Assembly: GCA_943704425.1 (NCBI GenBank) | Contig: CALSCP010001546.1 | Span: 30,206-77,322 of the forward strand | Reading direction: 5' to 3' | DNA: 47,117 nucleotides | Origin: Ministeria vibrans ATCC 50519 | Lineage: Eukaryota > Protista > Filasterea | Part shown: positions 1-19,776 of the stretch, piece by piece | Numbering within the stretch: the first letter of the stretch is position 1 | Layout: the number at the start of each line of letters is the position of its first letter | The notes under the pieces: model-generated | Told to the model about the DNA's origin: nothing | Database searches by the model: none | The model's input: only the letters and a program-made list of their open reading frames with translations | Made by a program: the position numbers and the translations under genes

Positions 1-112
<112 letters not shown>

Positions 113-203
113 TATTTTAATGGTGCAACGCTGTGTGTACATGTGATGATCAAAAACAAAACTATGACGTTGCACTGACTAACTCAATTATTACTCACTT
201 TAG

Positions 204-1493
204 AGCCGTTCTACCATTCTCGATCTCACTGCGGGCGTTGGACCATTCTCAATCCCCCTCAAACGCAACAAAAAGTGCACTGTGCACGCAAATGACTTGA
301 ACCCACACGCGTTTGAATGTCTTGCTCAAAATGCAGGTCAGGAATCAATCTATAAACATAATAAAACTTAATATTATTGTTCTTCGCTTTTTGTTCCCTC
401 TCGCTCTCTCTCAAACTCACTCGCTTGTCTGCGCAGCACTCAACAAAGTGAAACTGGACTCTGTCTCGTGTGCTGATGCTAGAGCATTTCTCCGCAACTC
501 AGTCCGCAAACAAAAAATCAAGTAAGCACCACACTTAACCTAATGCATTCGATTGGTATTTACTTAATGATGTATAGACCGGATTATGTGATTATCAATC
601 TTCCAGCGATTGCGTTGGAGTTTCTTGATGCTCTCATTGCGCTTTACACCGACATTGCGGATCAGAATGGTACGAGAATGATCACTCTTGTGTGTTGTAC
701 ACGATGATGTCAACTCTGACAATTTCCTTGCAATTAATCGATTGTATTTCGATCTCTACACATTCACATTTCTGATCTCTTTACCTCGTTGTGTTTCGAT
801 TTCTATTTCTCATTCAACCTAGTGTCAATATTCACATTTTGATCTCTTGACCTCATTATTATTGTTCTCTTGCATTGCAATTGACTTACCGACTCCCTTT
901 TGCCCGTCTGACATAATGGCACACATTGTAGCAACGACTGCTCCCACTGTGGTTGCGTACTGCTTCACCACTGCGCTTCCCGGCCAGCCTGCCATTGACG
1001 ATGTTCGCGCTCGCGTGCAAAATGCCATTCAAGCCACAATCACCGACTTTTCTGTACTATTTCACACACACCCACAGAAACTCGCCCTCTCTCGATTTAT
1101 TCTCTCTCACTTCCTTCTCTATCTCTTTCTTCTTTCTCTTCCTCTCTCGCTTTTGATTACTCACCCTTCTCTCTGTGATTGTTCTTCTCTTTCATCTTTA
1201 AAGGTGTTTGATGTGAGAACTGTTTCGACCGGAAAGCGCATGATGCGAATTATCTTCAGACCACCAATGGAGGTTTGGTGTTTTTCATCTGGTCTTGCTC
1301 TTTGTTTCTCATCATGTTTTGTTTTCTTGCTTAGTGTCTGTTTGCGTCGCTTGACAAAGCAATTGTGCTGGAGGAAGAAGGTCAGGCAAGTGGGGTGTCT
1401 GCGTCGTCCGTTGCTGAGAGTGGTTCTTCAGTGGCGAAGAAGCGGGCGTCGGATGAGCCAGATCAGAGTGATGAGAAGAGGCCAAAAATGTAA
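204..1493 (+). CDS. TRM5: tRNA (guanine-37-N1)-methyltransferase Trm5, 3' portion (5' end outside window); exons ~204-337, 437-522, 577-669, 932-1052, 1204-1272, 1335-1493
   Basis: Spliced translation gives ILDLTAGVGPFSIP, VHANDLNPHAFECL, LNKV..DARAFL, VIINLPAIALEFLDAL, VVAYCF and VFDVRTVSTGKRM, matching Trm5 motifs in order; stop TAA 1491-1493. Confidence 0.88.
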
Positions 1494-1855
1494 ACATACA
1501 TAATTAAGTTGTCGATCAAAGTCGTGTAAGCCATGCGAGACACACCACTGCTTATTTAGACCTTGCTTGAAGAAGTGATCAACAACAAGCAATGCAAAGA
1601 GTTGAAAGACCATCGTCTGAACCCAACCAACTCTCTCAAATGCATTCGTTTTATTCACTGTACCAGCAAGAAACTGTGAAACATTGGATTTTGTTAAATC
1701 TATTCATAATAATTATATTTTTTGAATGATTGTGATTAATTTTTCTTTTAATGGCTAAAACTCCCCGTCTTCTTTTCTCTCTCACACACGCAAACAAAAG
1801 TCCTCACACATACACACACACACTCTCTCTCTCTCTTACTCTCCCTCTCTCTCTG

Positions 1856-8805
<6,950 letters not shown>

Positions 8806-8908
8806 TATCGTGATGGATGAGCGAAGTGAACAAGTGAAAAAATTTACAGTGTTATTTCAATTTTCAAGTCATTCGCTATTCGTTGCGATCAGCCGATCAC
8901 TATCCGTA

Positions 8909-9475
8909 ATGCGGTGATCAAAGTATACCAACAACTAACAAGTATGCCCCGTTGTCGACTAAAACAAGGCCGTCAAACGCGCGTGTGAGGATGGTCCTAA
9001 AGTAATTGTGCGTGTGCTGTTGGGGACAAGTCAACAGCAAAGGTCGTCTCACTCGTCTGATCTCCTTTGATCAAAGGCCTCGCAGGAGTGCTCGAGATGT
9101 TCTTGTTCGGCAATTCAGGTGCGCAACCAACAACACCCCAGCACGGCCAGATGATGCACTTCACTGCGTCGCTGAAGAGCCACAATAGTGCACCACCTCA
9201 AATTCTGTCCTCTTCTAAAGTCGAAACTGATGTAATTCCACACTCAATCCACAGTCACACACGCAAAACAGACAGCGTATCATTAATTTTAGGAGTCAAT
9301 TATTACTGTACAAGTAGGGAAAGGTCGCATTGCGAACAACCTCGAGAGACTCATTGACTCCGGTGAGAATGTCGGGCTGTTGCAAGGCATGCACCACCAC
9401 CAGTGCCTGGGCAGCACCCACAATCGCACCTCCAAGCACGTCAAGAGGATAGTGTCGTCCAAGGATCACACGTGA
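8909..9475 (+). CDS. Possible small 5-exon hypothetical protein (~101 aa) overlapping the 3' end of the PLPP6-like gene antisense
   Basis: Phase-compatible GT-AG introns 8914-8968, 9002-9076, 9119-9188 and 9232-9292; no recognisable homology. Confidence 0.25.
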
Positions 9476-10024
9476 TACCGACACACTCGCAGCCCAGAGG
9501 ATCATGTAGTACGCCAAATGCTACAAAGCACCACAGGTCAGCGCATCACACACAAACACCACAGTGGACGTACGGGAGCCTTCTCGAGCCACAAGTAAGG
9601 CTCGGACACAAAGAGCACAGCAAGCATAACAGCACGCGTGGTGTGGCCCGAGGGAAACGAGAAGCGGTCGGCGTGCACCGTCGCAAACATGTCCTCAGTG
9701 TTGTGTGACGGCCGTGCGCGACGCACTATTGTCTTCAACGTGCCCACCACAACCAAATCAAGCAGAATCGCCACCATCAGCGCAACAGATCCTACAGTGG
9801 GCGCCGTCGGCTGCAGCACAAGGTACAGCGCGAAGGCGATCCACGGTATTCCGTGGCCTGCAAAAAGAACATGAGACTGAAACTTATTTGATCGTTTTCC
9901 GTTTCGCCGTCACACCCGAATATTCAAGCGCTTTCATGATCCCTCTGCGTATAGGTCTCTTGGCCGTGTCGCCATGTATCCATGTCGCCAGTCGACGATC
10001 AGCAGCCAAGACCGCTTCAAGCAT
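9296..10024 (-). CDS. PLPP6: PAP2-family lipid phosphate phosphatase, PLPP6 (presqualene diphosphate phosphatase)-like, 3 exons
   Basis: LEYSGHGIPW, KTIVRRARP (C1), DRFSFPSGH (C2), SRVILGRHYPLDV (C3). Confidence 0.85.
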
Positions 10025-10778
10025 ATCAAAGAAAAAACCAAAAAAAAATGAGTCGCTGTCTAAGTTCTAACGTCTTATTCATTGATCACGATCAATTTCA
10101 ATGTGATTTCAACACCCACCAAAGTTCATCTGGACCCTGACGCGGTGACGCCTGGATTTTACTACTAATTCATCAAAGTTCAAACTCAAGCATTTTCATT
10201 TTTTTGCTGGCTCCAGCGCATTATCGAGTTCCTTCGCAAAGACGACAAAAAAAAAAATTCGTCTCAATGAAACGTTCGTGAAAAATTCAATTAGGATAAC
10301 GGAGGAGCGTCAGACGACAGACAGCCCGACAGGCAGTGTCAAGTGGACCTAAATTCTTGCATTTGTGTGTGCTGGCTCGATCGGCAGCATTTGAAATGGG
10401 GCTTGTGAATTGAACTCACAACATTGCGACAGCACAGCGCATTGCCCAAAAATACCCAACTCGCACTGCTGAAGGCGCCAACGCCATCGACAGCACTCCA
10501 TACCCCATGCACAGACAGCACAGATGGGTCGGGTGCACATCGGAGTAGCACGGGCGGCGCAGGACCCCGGCGGGAGCCATAGATCACATCCGGAGCAGCA
10601 CAACCCGCCTATTCATGACGTAGCAAATCCCGCGGACGGCACAAAAATCGAGAAAAAAAGAGAAAAAAAAAGAATAAAAATCAAGACAATTCTTTTTTCA
10701 ACCCCTGTTGCTGTTGCGACACTCGTCAATCGTTTGCACGCACTAATCGGAGTCTGTGGCCACCGAACGCGTGTGGAA

Positions 10779-13700
10779 ATGGCGCTGGAGAAGGGATTTG
10801 AGTCGTCGCTTCTGCCTATCTCGCCGCAATACGCGCCCTCTCTGGCCGCCGCAGACCCCGGCAGTGGCACCGACAGTGGCTCTAGAGAGAGTGTCGGGGG
10901 CGGCAAGTCGGAGGCGTCGCTTGTTTCCGGAATGGAAGAGTGTGACCCTGCCGTTCCCACCGAACGACACACGGCCGACGCCGTACGGGCTGTTTCGCCC
11001 GAGACATGGTACTCGCAGCCACTGGAGATGAGCCAGGCGTCGCAGATGCTGCGAAAGGCCCAAGGGCCGACGGAGGCGTCCGAGGGGCGTCCGGTCGGGC
11101 GGCGGCGCTCATCGACGCTGGGGGCCCTCAGCCACGATGCCATTACACGCACCGTCGATGCCCAGCTCGAGCGGCAAGACGGAGCTCCGTCGTCGATCGC
11201 CACTCACCAGTCGCGATCGGAGCAGTTCGCCGATGCAGACGCGTCCACGGAGAATGTCGATGTGGACGGCGATGATACGATCGAAATCGGGCTTGAGGCC
11301 AGCATCGCCTTCCAGGAGGCGCTCGATCGCGAAGAGGAGGAGGCTGCCACCACCCTCGCTGCTGCCGCCATCGCCTCCGCGCACAAGCACACCAACGACG
11401 ACTTTAGCTTCCGATCGCCCGCGCCGATCGTCGATGGTCGCAAAATGACACTGCGCAAACGACTCAAGCGCAAATTCACCAACCTCCTGTCACCAGGCAA
11501 CAGCATCCCCGACGTGTACCACAGCACAGGCGCCCTCTCTTCAAACGCGCCCAATCGCAAACCCGCTGCGGCCTCCAAGAAACACGCCAGAATGCTCCGC
11601 AAGGTCGAGCGCGCGCATGGGCTGCGCGATTCTCAAGATAATGACGAATCATCGAGTAGCGACGAGGCCGACGACGACGATGATGACGACGATCATGCTG
11701 GTAGAAATAGAAATAACCTTGATGCCGCTGCAGCAGCAGCAACGACCACATCGGCTCCGCAATTGGCAGCCAACAAGAGTGCCGCCAGCAGCTCACACCG
11801 TTCCCTCACTCACGCCGTGTCGGGCGTTGTCGACTTTGTGGCGCGCAGTCCCGAGATGATTCGTCGCAAGGTCGTTCAAAACAGGAGAAACTCCCTTGAG
11901 GATGTGCTCGATGCGGACTATGGACTCGACGCAAACAGCCAAGTCGCAAAGGAGCGCCCAACTTCTCCAAGTGGTTCTTCTACTCGTACTCCTGCTGCTG
12001 TTGCTGCTGCTGTTGCTACTACGACGACGGACATCACTGGTGCCTCTTCGTTGGCGTCATCCCCCAACAAAGCACTCACTGAGCAACTGAGCAAATCCGA
12101 TGTGTTCCGGCGTCAGCTCACCAAGAAACTCTCTTCAGACATGGACAAGAGTCGTCGTCGTCGCATGACCAGCAAAGCAGCATCAATGGAATCCTCACAT
12201 GCGACTGTGAGTACCCCCGAGGCGGCTAAACCGCCTTTGTCGACCGTCACACGCACCACCACCACCGACAAGAGCACTACAACTACCACCACTGTCATGC
12301 AGGGCTCCAACGTCATTGCCAAGCAGGTCAACAGCATCGCACACGCCTCCTCCACCCGCGCCGACCTCCGTTCCTCACCCACCCCACCCCACATCGGCCA
12401 TGCCGTAGCTGTCGAGTCTACTCCACGCAGTCCCCCACAAGCGTCACACCGCACCATCCGCTCGTCCTCACTCGACCAGGGCGTCTCAACTCCTCCTTCA
12501 TCCCTTTCGACCCGCAAGAACTCGGCCGACACCATTCGCGACGGCTCAAGGGGCACTGCCGTCTCCTTTCAACCCTCCCTGAGACAGTCCTCTCTACAAC
12601 AAAAAAACATGGCCTGGTCCACTCCCATCCCCGAATCCCCCACCGAACCCAGTCCAAAGCCCAGGACTACGGCAAAGACCAAGCGCACTCCTGCGTCTCG
12701 GTCCGCTGCTGCGACTGCTGCTGCCTTTGGTACTCGCTCCGACTCCTTCTTGCACGCCATTGACGATCGCCTCAACGAAAGCGACTCGTTTGTACCGGCC
12801 TTTGTGCCCATTGACGACGACACTGGCATCGCTGCCAAATATGCAAGTGAGGACGAGACTGATGACAATGATGATGTGCACCAAAGCGCTCCACCATCGC
12901 CCACGGGTGGCTCGTCGACTTCGTCGTCCCTCATCAAGACCTTCCCTTTGCGTCGTTTGCTGTTTCTCCGTAAGAACTCGGCTCCTGGCAATGTCAATAG
13001 TGGTCGCATCCTCAACTCGCGCGACCACATGCGTCGTCTGGGCACTCCACCTCCAAGCGACACCGACCACGGATCGTCTGACGAGGAACTCGACGCCGAA
13101 GCTCTCCAAGACGAACACGAACTCTTCCCCAAAAGCAACAACAATCCAACCACAAGTGGCGATCTTGCTGCCTCCTCACAAGTGCCCCTTATCACTCGCG
13201 GCACTGCTCTCTCGCCCGTCGGTCACACTCCCACCATCAACATTCTTACCCCCGAAGAATCATCCACCTCCTACAACCATACTAGCCCCCCCGTCAACGA
13301 ACAGTACCGTCGTCGCCACAGCCACGCACCCGCCTCTCTCTCCAGCCCGCTCACAGCCAAACGCAGCAATGTCTCCATTAGCCACGAGGACATTTCTGCC
13401 ACCGACACGACCAACGACCTCTCCAACGACTTTTCCCACCTCGATCCAGCCGATGCTTACGCCGCTCTCTCTCCCGCCTCTGGCCCAAGCAGCGCCGCGG
13501 AATCCCACTCCACCAGCGCCGTCTCGTCCGCCGTCTCGTCCCGTCGTGGTTCCAACATCTCCTCAATTATGGCCCATCAGGCCCGTCAAGCCTCTCCCTC
13601 TCTCCACCGCTCCAGTCGCCCAACCAGCAGCAGCACCACAGCCGATTCCCCCCCACCAGAGTCACCCACAAAATCTCAGTTCACTCTGCCACCCCCCGAT

Positions 13701-15233
13701 CACATTGAAGTACCCTTTGACGAATCTGCCCCAATATCCTCTCCCTCTCCCACACCAGAGTAAGGAAAATGAATTATTGTATGTATTGTGGTGTGCTTCG
13801 CTGACCACCTTTTTTTTTTCCGCTTATGTGTGTGCAGACGCTCACGCACTCATTCTCCCTTTGACGTGAATCAAACAATGGACGATTTCCTTGAGACATC
13901 ACTCTACGCCTCATTTGGAGGAGACAAGATCAAACTTCAAAAGAAAAAATCAACTGCAATCGTCGAAGTACGCGACTGAAACAATTCTTGATGCATATTC
14001 TCTAATACTAATTTGTATCATTCTGACTTTTTTTGTTTCAAAAAAGACTTCGGGTTTCTCTGCTCGACTGTTGGAACGAGTGTCTCAGGGCAAAGCGAGT
14101 GCTCTCCTGCACATTAGCGCACTTACGGTTGCTCAACTTATCACTGCTGAAGACCGTCGCATCTTCTACGCAATCGAAGTAACTGTTAAGTGTATGTCTG
14201 ATTTTTGTCATTAACCTTTTTTTTCAATGTGTAGCCGAGTGAGTTTGACAACTGCGGGTGGAGTAAAGCGACCAAGCAGACACACTCGGCGAACATTGTC
14301 GCAAGCATTGCCTTTTTCAACTCTGTCTCAGACTGGGTCAACCGTGAACTGTCAACGAGTCGCAGTAATACGAGTAGCTCTGCTGTCACCTCACAGTCCC
14401 TTCCCTCTCTTGCCTCTGCGTTTTCTTCTTCCTCCTCTTCACATCCGCTCTCGGAGAAGACTCGCGTGTCCCTCTTCAAGTTTTTCATTCGCGTTGCGCT
14501 CGCGTGTCGACTCTACCAGAACTTTTCGTCTCTTATGGCCATTACTGCCGCAATGGAAACCGTCAAGTCGCGTCACGTCAACTTCTCTCCCTGGTCCAAA
14601 CTCCCTTCTAAATACCAAAGTAAAAAACAACAAAATAAGGGGGGAGGGGGGGTTTGTCTTTGTCTTTGGCTTCTCACAATCGGTTTGTTTGTTATTTATT
14701 TTTTCAGTTGCGTACGATGAACTGCGCTCGGTCGTCTCGTACGAGCACAATTTTGCTCTGTTGCGCAGAGCCGTCCGGGACACTGATCAACCGGCAGTGC
14801 CCTATCTTGGTAAGAGACACCGAAAACAAGAAAATCAAATAGAAACAAAAATTGCTGAGACTGGTACACGGTTTTGTTTTTAGGAATCTTTCTGATGGAC
14901 GTGACAAGGATTAGCGACGGCATTGACCAGAAGAGCAAACTTGAAAAGCACAATCTGATCAAACTGGCTCTGGCGCCTGTCACTCGACTGCAAAAGCTCC
15001 AGTCGCTCGCACTTCCCATTGCCATAGACGCACAACTGCAGCGCGCACTGCTCACTCGCTGTCGCTTCCCTTCCACGTTTGGCGGTGCCAGTTCGCCCTC
15101 TGGCACGAAAATCACTGCCAAAATGCCCCTGCAGAAACAGTTGCTGCTCCGGTCGACGATGAAGGGACAGAGTTTGGACGATGCCATTGATTTGCTCAAT
15201 ATGGAGAGGCAGAATAGCACATCGATTGCATGA
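10779..15233 (+). CDS. RasGEF (CDC25-like) domain protein with a ~1000-aa Ser/Thr/Pro-rich disordered N-terminus
   Basis: Long first exon, then spliced VAQLITAEDRRIFYAIEPSEF, FNSVSDWV, QNFSSLMAITAAM, NFALLR and PAVPYLGIFLMDVTRISDG. Confidence 0.82.
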
Positions 15234-15420
15234 AGAACAATGAACTTTTTATTTATTATGTTTTTGTAAAAAAAAAATTAATATTATTTTATTGTTGTTG
15301 TTCGTATTGTATGTATTTTTTTTTTTTTTTTTTTTTTTTGGGGGGGTGACTCAGTTGGGTGGTGAAGTTTGCTGATTTATTAATATAAGTATCTTTAGAA
15401 AACAAACACATTGTTGTCTG

Positions 15421-16569
15421 TTAGGTAAACAAGACCTCGACAAAGCGCGGCACGTAGGCAATGAGATTGCCAGGGGCAAACAAAGGCGGCAACCCCCCCT
15501 CGGTGTTGCATACGTAGGAGAAAAGCAGGGTAGGCATGGACGCGAGAGTGGGCGCTAGAGCCGGGTGGCTCTTGACGGCATAGCAAAAGTAGGCTTTGGG
15601 GTCGTTAAGAGGTGGGGGGATGGCGTAGACGACCTGTGAGTTGAACGGTCCCGTGACGCTCTTGGCCGTATGCATGAGAATCTCGGAGGAGGCAAAGCCC
15701 GCAATGGTGAACGAGTACCACACTTGGAGGCGCTCATCAAAGTTGAGAGTGGTCTCGGTGGTGGCGCCCACGGACCAGAGGGTGACCAGATCGGCTGGGT
15801 CGACGAGTGCACCAATGGGAATCCATTGGCCGCCGTTGGCCCACACTTGGAAGTTGGAGAAGTCGAGCGCAAGGAATTCCTGGTAGTTGGCTAGACCCAA
15901 GACCTGACGGGCGGCGAATCCTTGGCCGGCAACACCCAGGACGTAGATGGAGCCGGCCGGATGACCGTCTGACGGGGGCGCCCACTGCATCGCCACAAAG
16001 AAGTTGAGGTTGGGCGAGGTGAAGGGCATAAACTTGCTGGTGTAGGTCCAGGCAGTAGGGACGGCGTTGCCGTTGGGCACCGACACGCCCGAAGTGCCCA
16101 GCGTCTCGAAGCCGAGTGCGCCAGACGATTTGGTGACGAGCATGGCCAAGAAGAAAATGTCGTCCTTGAGCGCCAGCGCGTTCACGACCCAGTAGTAGTT
16201 GGACGCATTCGTTGGGGCAAAGATGGCTGCAGGCAGGCCATCGCTGCCGGTGCGCCAGAAGTACTGCATGTCGGCGTCGGGGCTCGCGAGCAGTCCAACA
16301 GTCCCGTGCGGCATTGCCACGGCCGCCACGCGCTGCGTCGCATTCGACGTGCCCACAAGCGTGTCGCCAAACAGAAACAGCAGCGCCCCGCCGTCGAGCG
16401 GTGTGCTCGTGTCCACGTCGCCCCCAAGCCATCCGCGCGGGCCAGGCTGCGGCGCGAACTGCTGGTTCAACAGCGGCTGCGGCGAAATCACCAATGTGTA
16501 GTTTTGCCACGTCGCCCCGTCGCACTGCCACGCGACAATGCCAAACAGGAGCGTGGCCGCGAGTAGCAT
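15421..16569 (-). CDS. Secreted, intronless DUF4185/DUF5005-like (probable beta-propeller glycoside hydrolase-like) protein
   Basis: Signal peptide MLLAATLLFGIVAWQCDG; GWLGGDVDTSTPLDGGALLFLFGDTLVG; C-terminal GPF..YAVKSHP..LLFSYVCN..YVPRFV pattern. Confidence 0.7.
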   Translation of the reverse strand: MLLAATLLFGIVAWQCDGATWQNYTLVISPQPLLNQQFAPQPGPRGWLGGDVDTSTPLDGGALLFLFGDTLVGTSNATQRVAAVAMPHGTVGLLASPDADMQYFWRTGSDGLPAAIFAPTNASNYYWVVNALALKDDIFFLAMLVTKSSGALGFETLGTSGVSVPNGNAVPTAWTYTSKFMPFTSPNLNFFVAMQWAPPSDGHPAGSIYVLGVAGQGFAARQVLGLANYQEFLALDFSNFQVWANGGQWIPIGALVDPADLVTLWSVGATTETTLNFDERLQVWYSFTIAGFASSEILMHTAKSVTGPFNSQVVYAIPPPLNDPKAYFCYAVKSHPALAPTLASMPTLLFSYVCNTEGGLPPLFAPGNLIAYVPRFVEVLFT

Positions 16570-16660
16570 CACAGGAACTTCTTTTTTTTTGCTTTTTTTT
16601 ATAGCTGAATAAAAGTTGGAAACTAAAACTAATAGATTTTTTTCGTGATCCAATTGAAAA

Positions 16661-18747
16661 ATGGCAAGTAAGGACTTTGTATGGTTGCCCTCCTCCCTTT
16701 GCTCCCCCTTCAATTTGAAGTTGTGTTCTTTCATCTGAGTGATCTGTCTCATACGCACTATCCCCTCGTATAGACCTTCATGAGCGTCAGGGTCTGCTTG
16801 GCATTCAGAGTAACCTCTTTCCGATACAGCCATGTTATTTATGTTGATCTTTATTCGATCCTTTCGCTCGCCAGGTCACGAAGCCGATTCCGCCCACGCC
16901 TCTGCCTGTCGGATCTTTCGGGCATCGTACATCCCCATTATCATCCGCTTCAATGACAAAGGACTGGCGTCGCTGCCTTCCGACGTTGGACGCGCAACGA
17001 CGCTCGAGCTCCTTTCGCTTGCGTCCAACCGCCTGACGACTCTCCCGGCGGAGATCGGGCAGCTTGCAAAGCTTAGACATCTCGACGTGTCCAATAACCA
17101 TCTCGAGACGCTCCCTGCCCAGATTGGACAGCTTCAAACTCTGCGCGAGTTCAACTTGGCAGACAACGCGCTGAAACTGCTTCCGGACGAATTCACACGC
17201 ATGTCGTCGCTTCGACGGCTCCTCGTGGGCCACAACGCACTGACTCATCTGCCCGACGCCATGGGGGACATGCAAGCGCTGGTTTTCATTGACGTGAGCC
17301 ACAACTCCCTGAGCAGAGTGCCCAGCAGTCTGTCGCGTCTTGCGGCGCTCGTCCACCTCGACTTGTCGCACAACCACATCACAGAGGTTACCGGCGAACT
17401 CTGCCGCCTGCACACACTCAAGATCCTTGATATGTCACACAACCAGCTCACGACGCTTCCCGACACTCTCTCGGGACTTCCAAACCTCGCTACGCTGGAC
17501 GTGTCGCACAATCAACTGACAGAGCTGCCAGAGAGTGTGGGCACACTTTTCGCACTCAGACACCTCGTCGCGTCGTCCAACCAACTCACGCTGCTTCCGC
17601 CTACTATTTCACGGCTTGCGCGCACGCTCACCCGTCTCAGCGTCGACCACAACCGCCTGAGCACACTCCCGCCCGGCACAGGTGCACTTGTTCGTCTCAA
17701 GACCCTCGACATCCACCACAACGCCCTCTTGCGTGTTCCCACCTCCCTCGCCAACTTCAAATCCCTCCGCTCCCTCTCCTTCATTGACGTCTGTGCCCCT
17801 TCAGCCGTCGCAGCGTTTGCCATCCCGTCATCGTCGCCCCAGGAAAGCATTGGTGTGCTTCGCTTGAGTCCGTCGCATCCCATCCGCAAAGTTATTAGTG
17901 CCATGGTGCTCAATGAGGCGGACGCGCGCACTTCCGCTGTGGGTAAGACTTTGTCGCTGACCAAACTGGCTGCGTATGTACGAGAGTGCAATGCGGCAAT
18001 GCACAAAGCTGTGGTGTTTCATGGAGGTGCAGAGGGAGAGATGTTGCCCGAGCTTATCCTGCTCTGTCAGGTCGCCGGCGGAGTGACAACTACAGTTGGA
18101 GCGGGAGCGACAGTGGGAGAAGCCGCTACGGCGCATGAGTTGCGCCGAGTGCGGCACGTTTGCTTTGCAACCATGTGGGAGATGTGTAGTGGTGATGAGA
18201 GTAGTTTGAGTGAGCAATGTCATGAGATTGTGCGTCAGTTGGACGAGGCACAGACAGTGCTGGAGCAGAGTGGTCGGGGGCGTGCACCGCGCCGCTGGGT
18301 CGATGACGGCCAACTGATCATGATGTGTGCGGCACTCCTGCTCGTTGGTTCGCTTATAGCCATTGGTGCACTCGTCGACGTGTATGCAATGCCCAAAGGT
18401 GTCTGCCAGACCCTGCAGCGTGTCGCTGTGCTCGCCTGGCTCGGCATGTTCGCCACGGCTGCCCTCTCCTTCTTTGCTGCTGCACAGCTCGTCACCGATA
18501 AGAACCTACGCAATGCGCCCATTGTCTCTCCAGAGCGCACTCTGAGTTCAAGCGACGCAGACGTTGTTCGTTCAGCTGAGGTATTCATAATTATTATGAA
18601 CTGCTCTACAAGGAGAACAATAATGATGATACACTTTTTACATAGAGATGGGGCAGTTTCGCGTGGGTGGATCTCTGGCTATCTGTGCTGCTTGCGGTCA
18701 TTGTCAGTGCTGTGTCTGGTGCAATCAAGCTCCAAACGTGCGCCTGA
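16661..18747 (+). CDS. LRR protein with ~3 C-terminal transmembrane segments (two short 5' exons; last intron ~18581-18645)
   Basis: About 12 LxxLDxSxNxL repeats; hydrophobic segments LIMMCAALLLVGSLIAIGALV, VAVLAWLGMFATAALSFFAAA and WVDLWLSVLLAVIVSAVS. Confidence 0.8.
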
Positions 18748-18771
18748 AAACTCTCCTTTTTTCATTTAACT

Positions 18772-18778
18772 NNNNNNN
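18772..18778. other. Scaffold gap
   Basis: N run. Confidence 0.99.
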
Positions 18779-19739
18779 GACCAGGCGACGAAGGCTGTTG
18801 TAGGCCGCCGCCTGTTGGCACGGATGAAGATGATCCGGATCACCTCCGTGTCCAGTGACGCCGTGAATTCCGTCGATCAGCTCGTTGTAGTCTCCCACGC
18901 TATGAAAATATAATTATCGTTGTAGAACACATGTACACTGAATGGATTTCATCACAAGTAGACTATAGAGAACCGCAACAACATTGGAGTCCAAAACAAA
19001 CAAAAACAACCCAAAAACATCAACAACAAACAACAAACAATAATTGGCGTACTATTCGTCAAGAGTGTCATGCGTGTCAAAAGCAACACCGTCATGCATG
19101 AGAGCCTCGTGCAACTCAAGGTGCAGCACAACGGCTGTCGCGTCATGCTGGTCCCACTCCAACCACGACGGCACGGCAATTGAATTTTCAGTCGTCGCCA
19201 CATGAAAATTAAGTGTCTTCTTAACGGCGCTCGAAAACTCAAGCAACATTTCGATGGTCAAATATTCGGTACAGTGACGGAATTCGATTTCTCCGTCGAG
19301 CGGCAGTTCTCCGCGGCAAATAACCACACCGGCACCATGGTTTATGTGATCCGCCGTCATCTCGTACCGCATCTGTAAAATGTAATCTTTTTCAGTGGCG
19401 CAAAAGAAAGAAAAAAGGAGAAAAAGGAGCCACAAGCAAAGAAAATAATTATAATTATATTAAAGATAAAAAAAGAAAACGCTTCGCTTGTTTGGAAGTA
19501 GAAGAGAAAGAAGAAAGGCTTACCACGGGAGCGAATTGACAGCGGGCACACACGGCGGCGTTGCTGAGCTGGTCCGTAAGCTGGATGAATTTGTGTCCTT
19601 CGAAAGGAGCATTGCAATAAACGAGCGATCCCGTCTGCGCCTCGTCAGCGCACGCCTCGGCATGCAGACACGCAAAGTAGCTGTGCGCATGTGCAGATGC
19701 AACCATGGCGCTGAGAACCACAGCAATAAGGCGATTCAT
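18779..19739 (-). CDS. Unknown secreted His/Cys-rich protein, 3' end truncated by gap
   Basis: Signal peptide MNRLIAVVLSAMVASAHA; three phase-compatible exons (~19739-19524, 19373-19053, 18900-18779). Confidence 0.65.
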
Positions 19740-19776
19740 CGTCTTTTTCCAATCTTTTTCCTGTGAAAAAAAAAAC

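Noticed and set aside
847-1503. 218-aa ORF, or ATG 916, as a stand-alone gene
   Set aside because: Read-through of TRM5 exons and introns
12727-13869. 380-aa Pro/Thr-rich alternate-frame ORF
   Set aside because: Frame shadow of the low-complexity RasGEF exon
16570-16833. N-terminal extension of ORF 15421..16833
   Set aside because: The signal peptide begins at Met 16569; the extension overlaps the first exons of the LRR gene on the other strand
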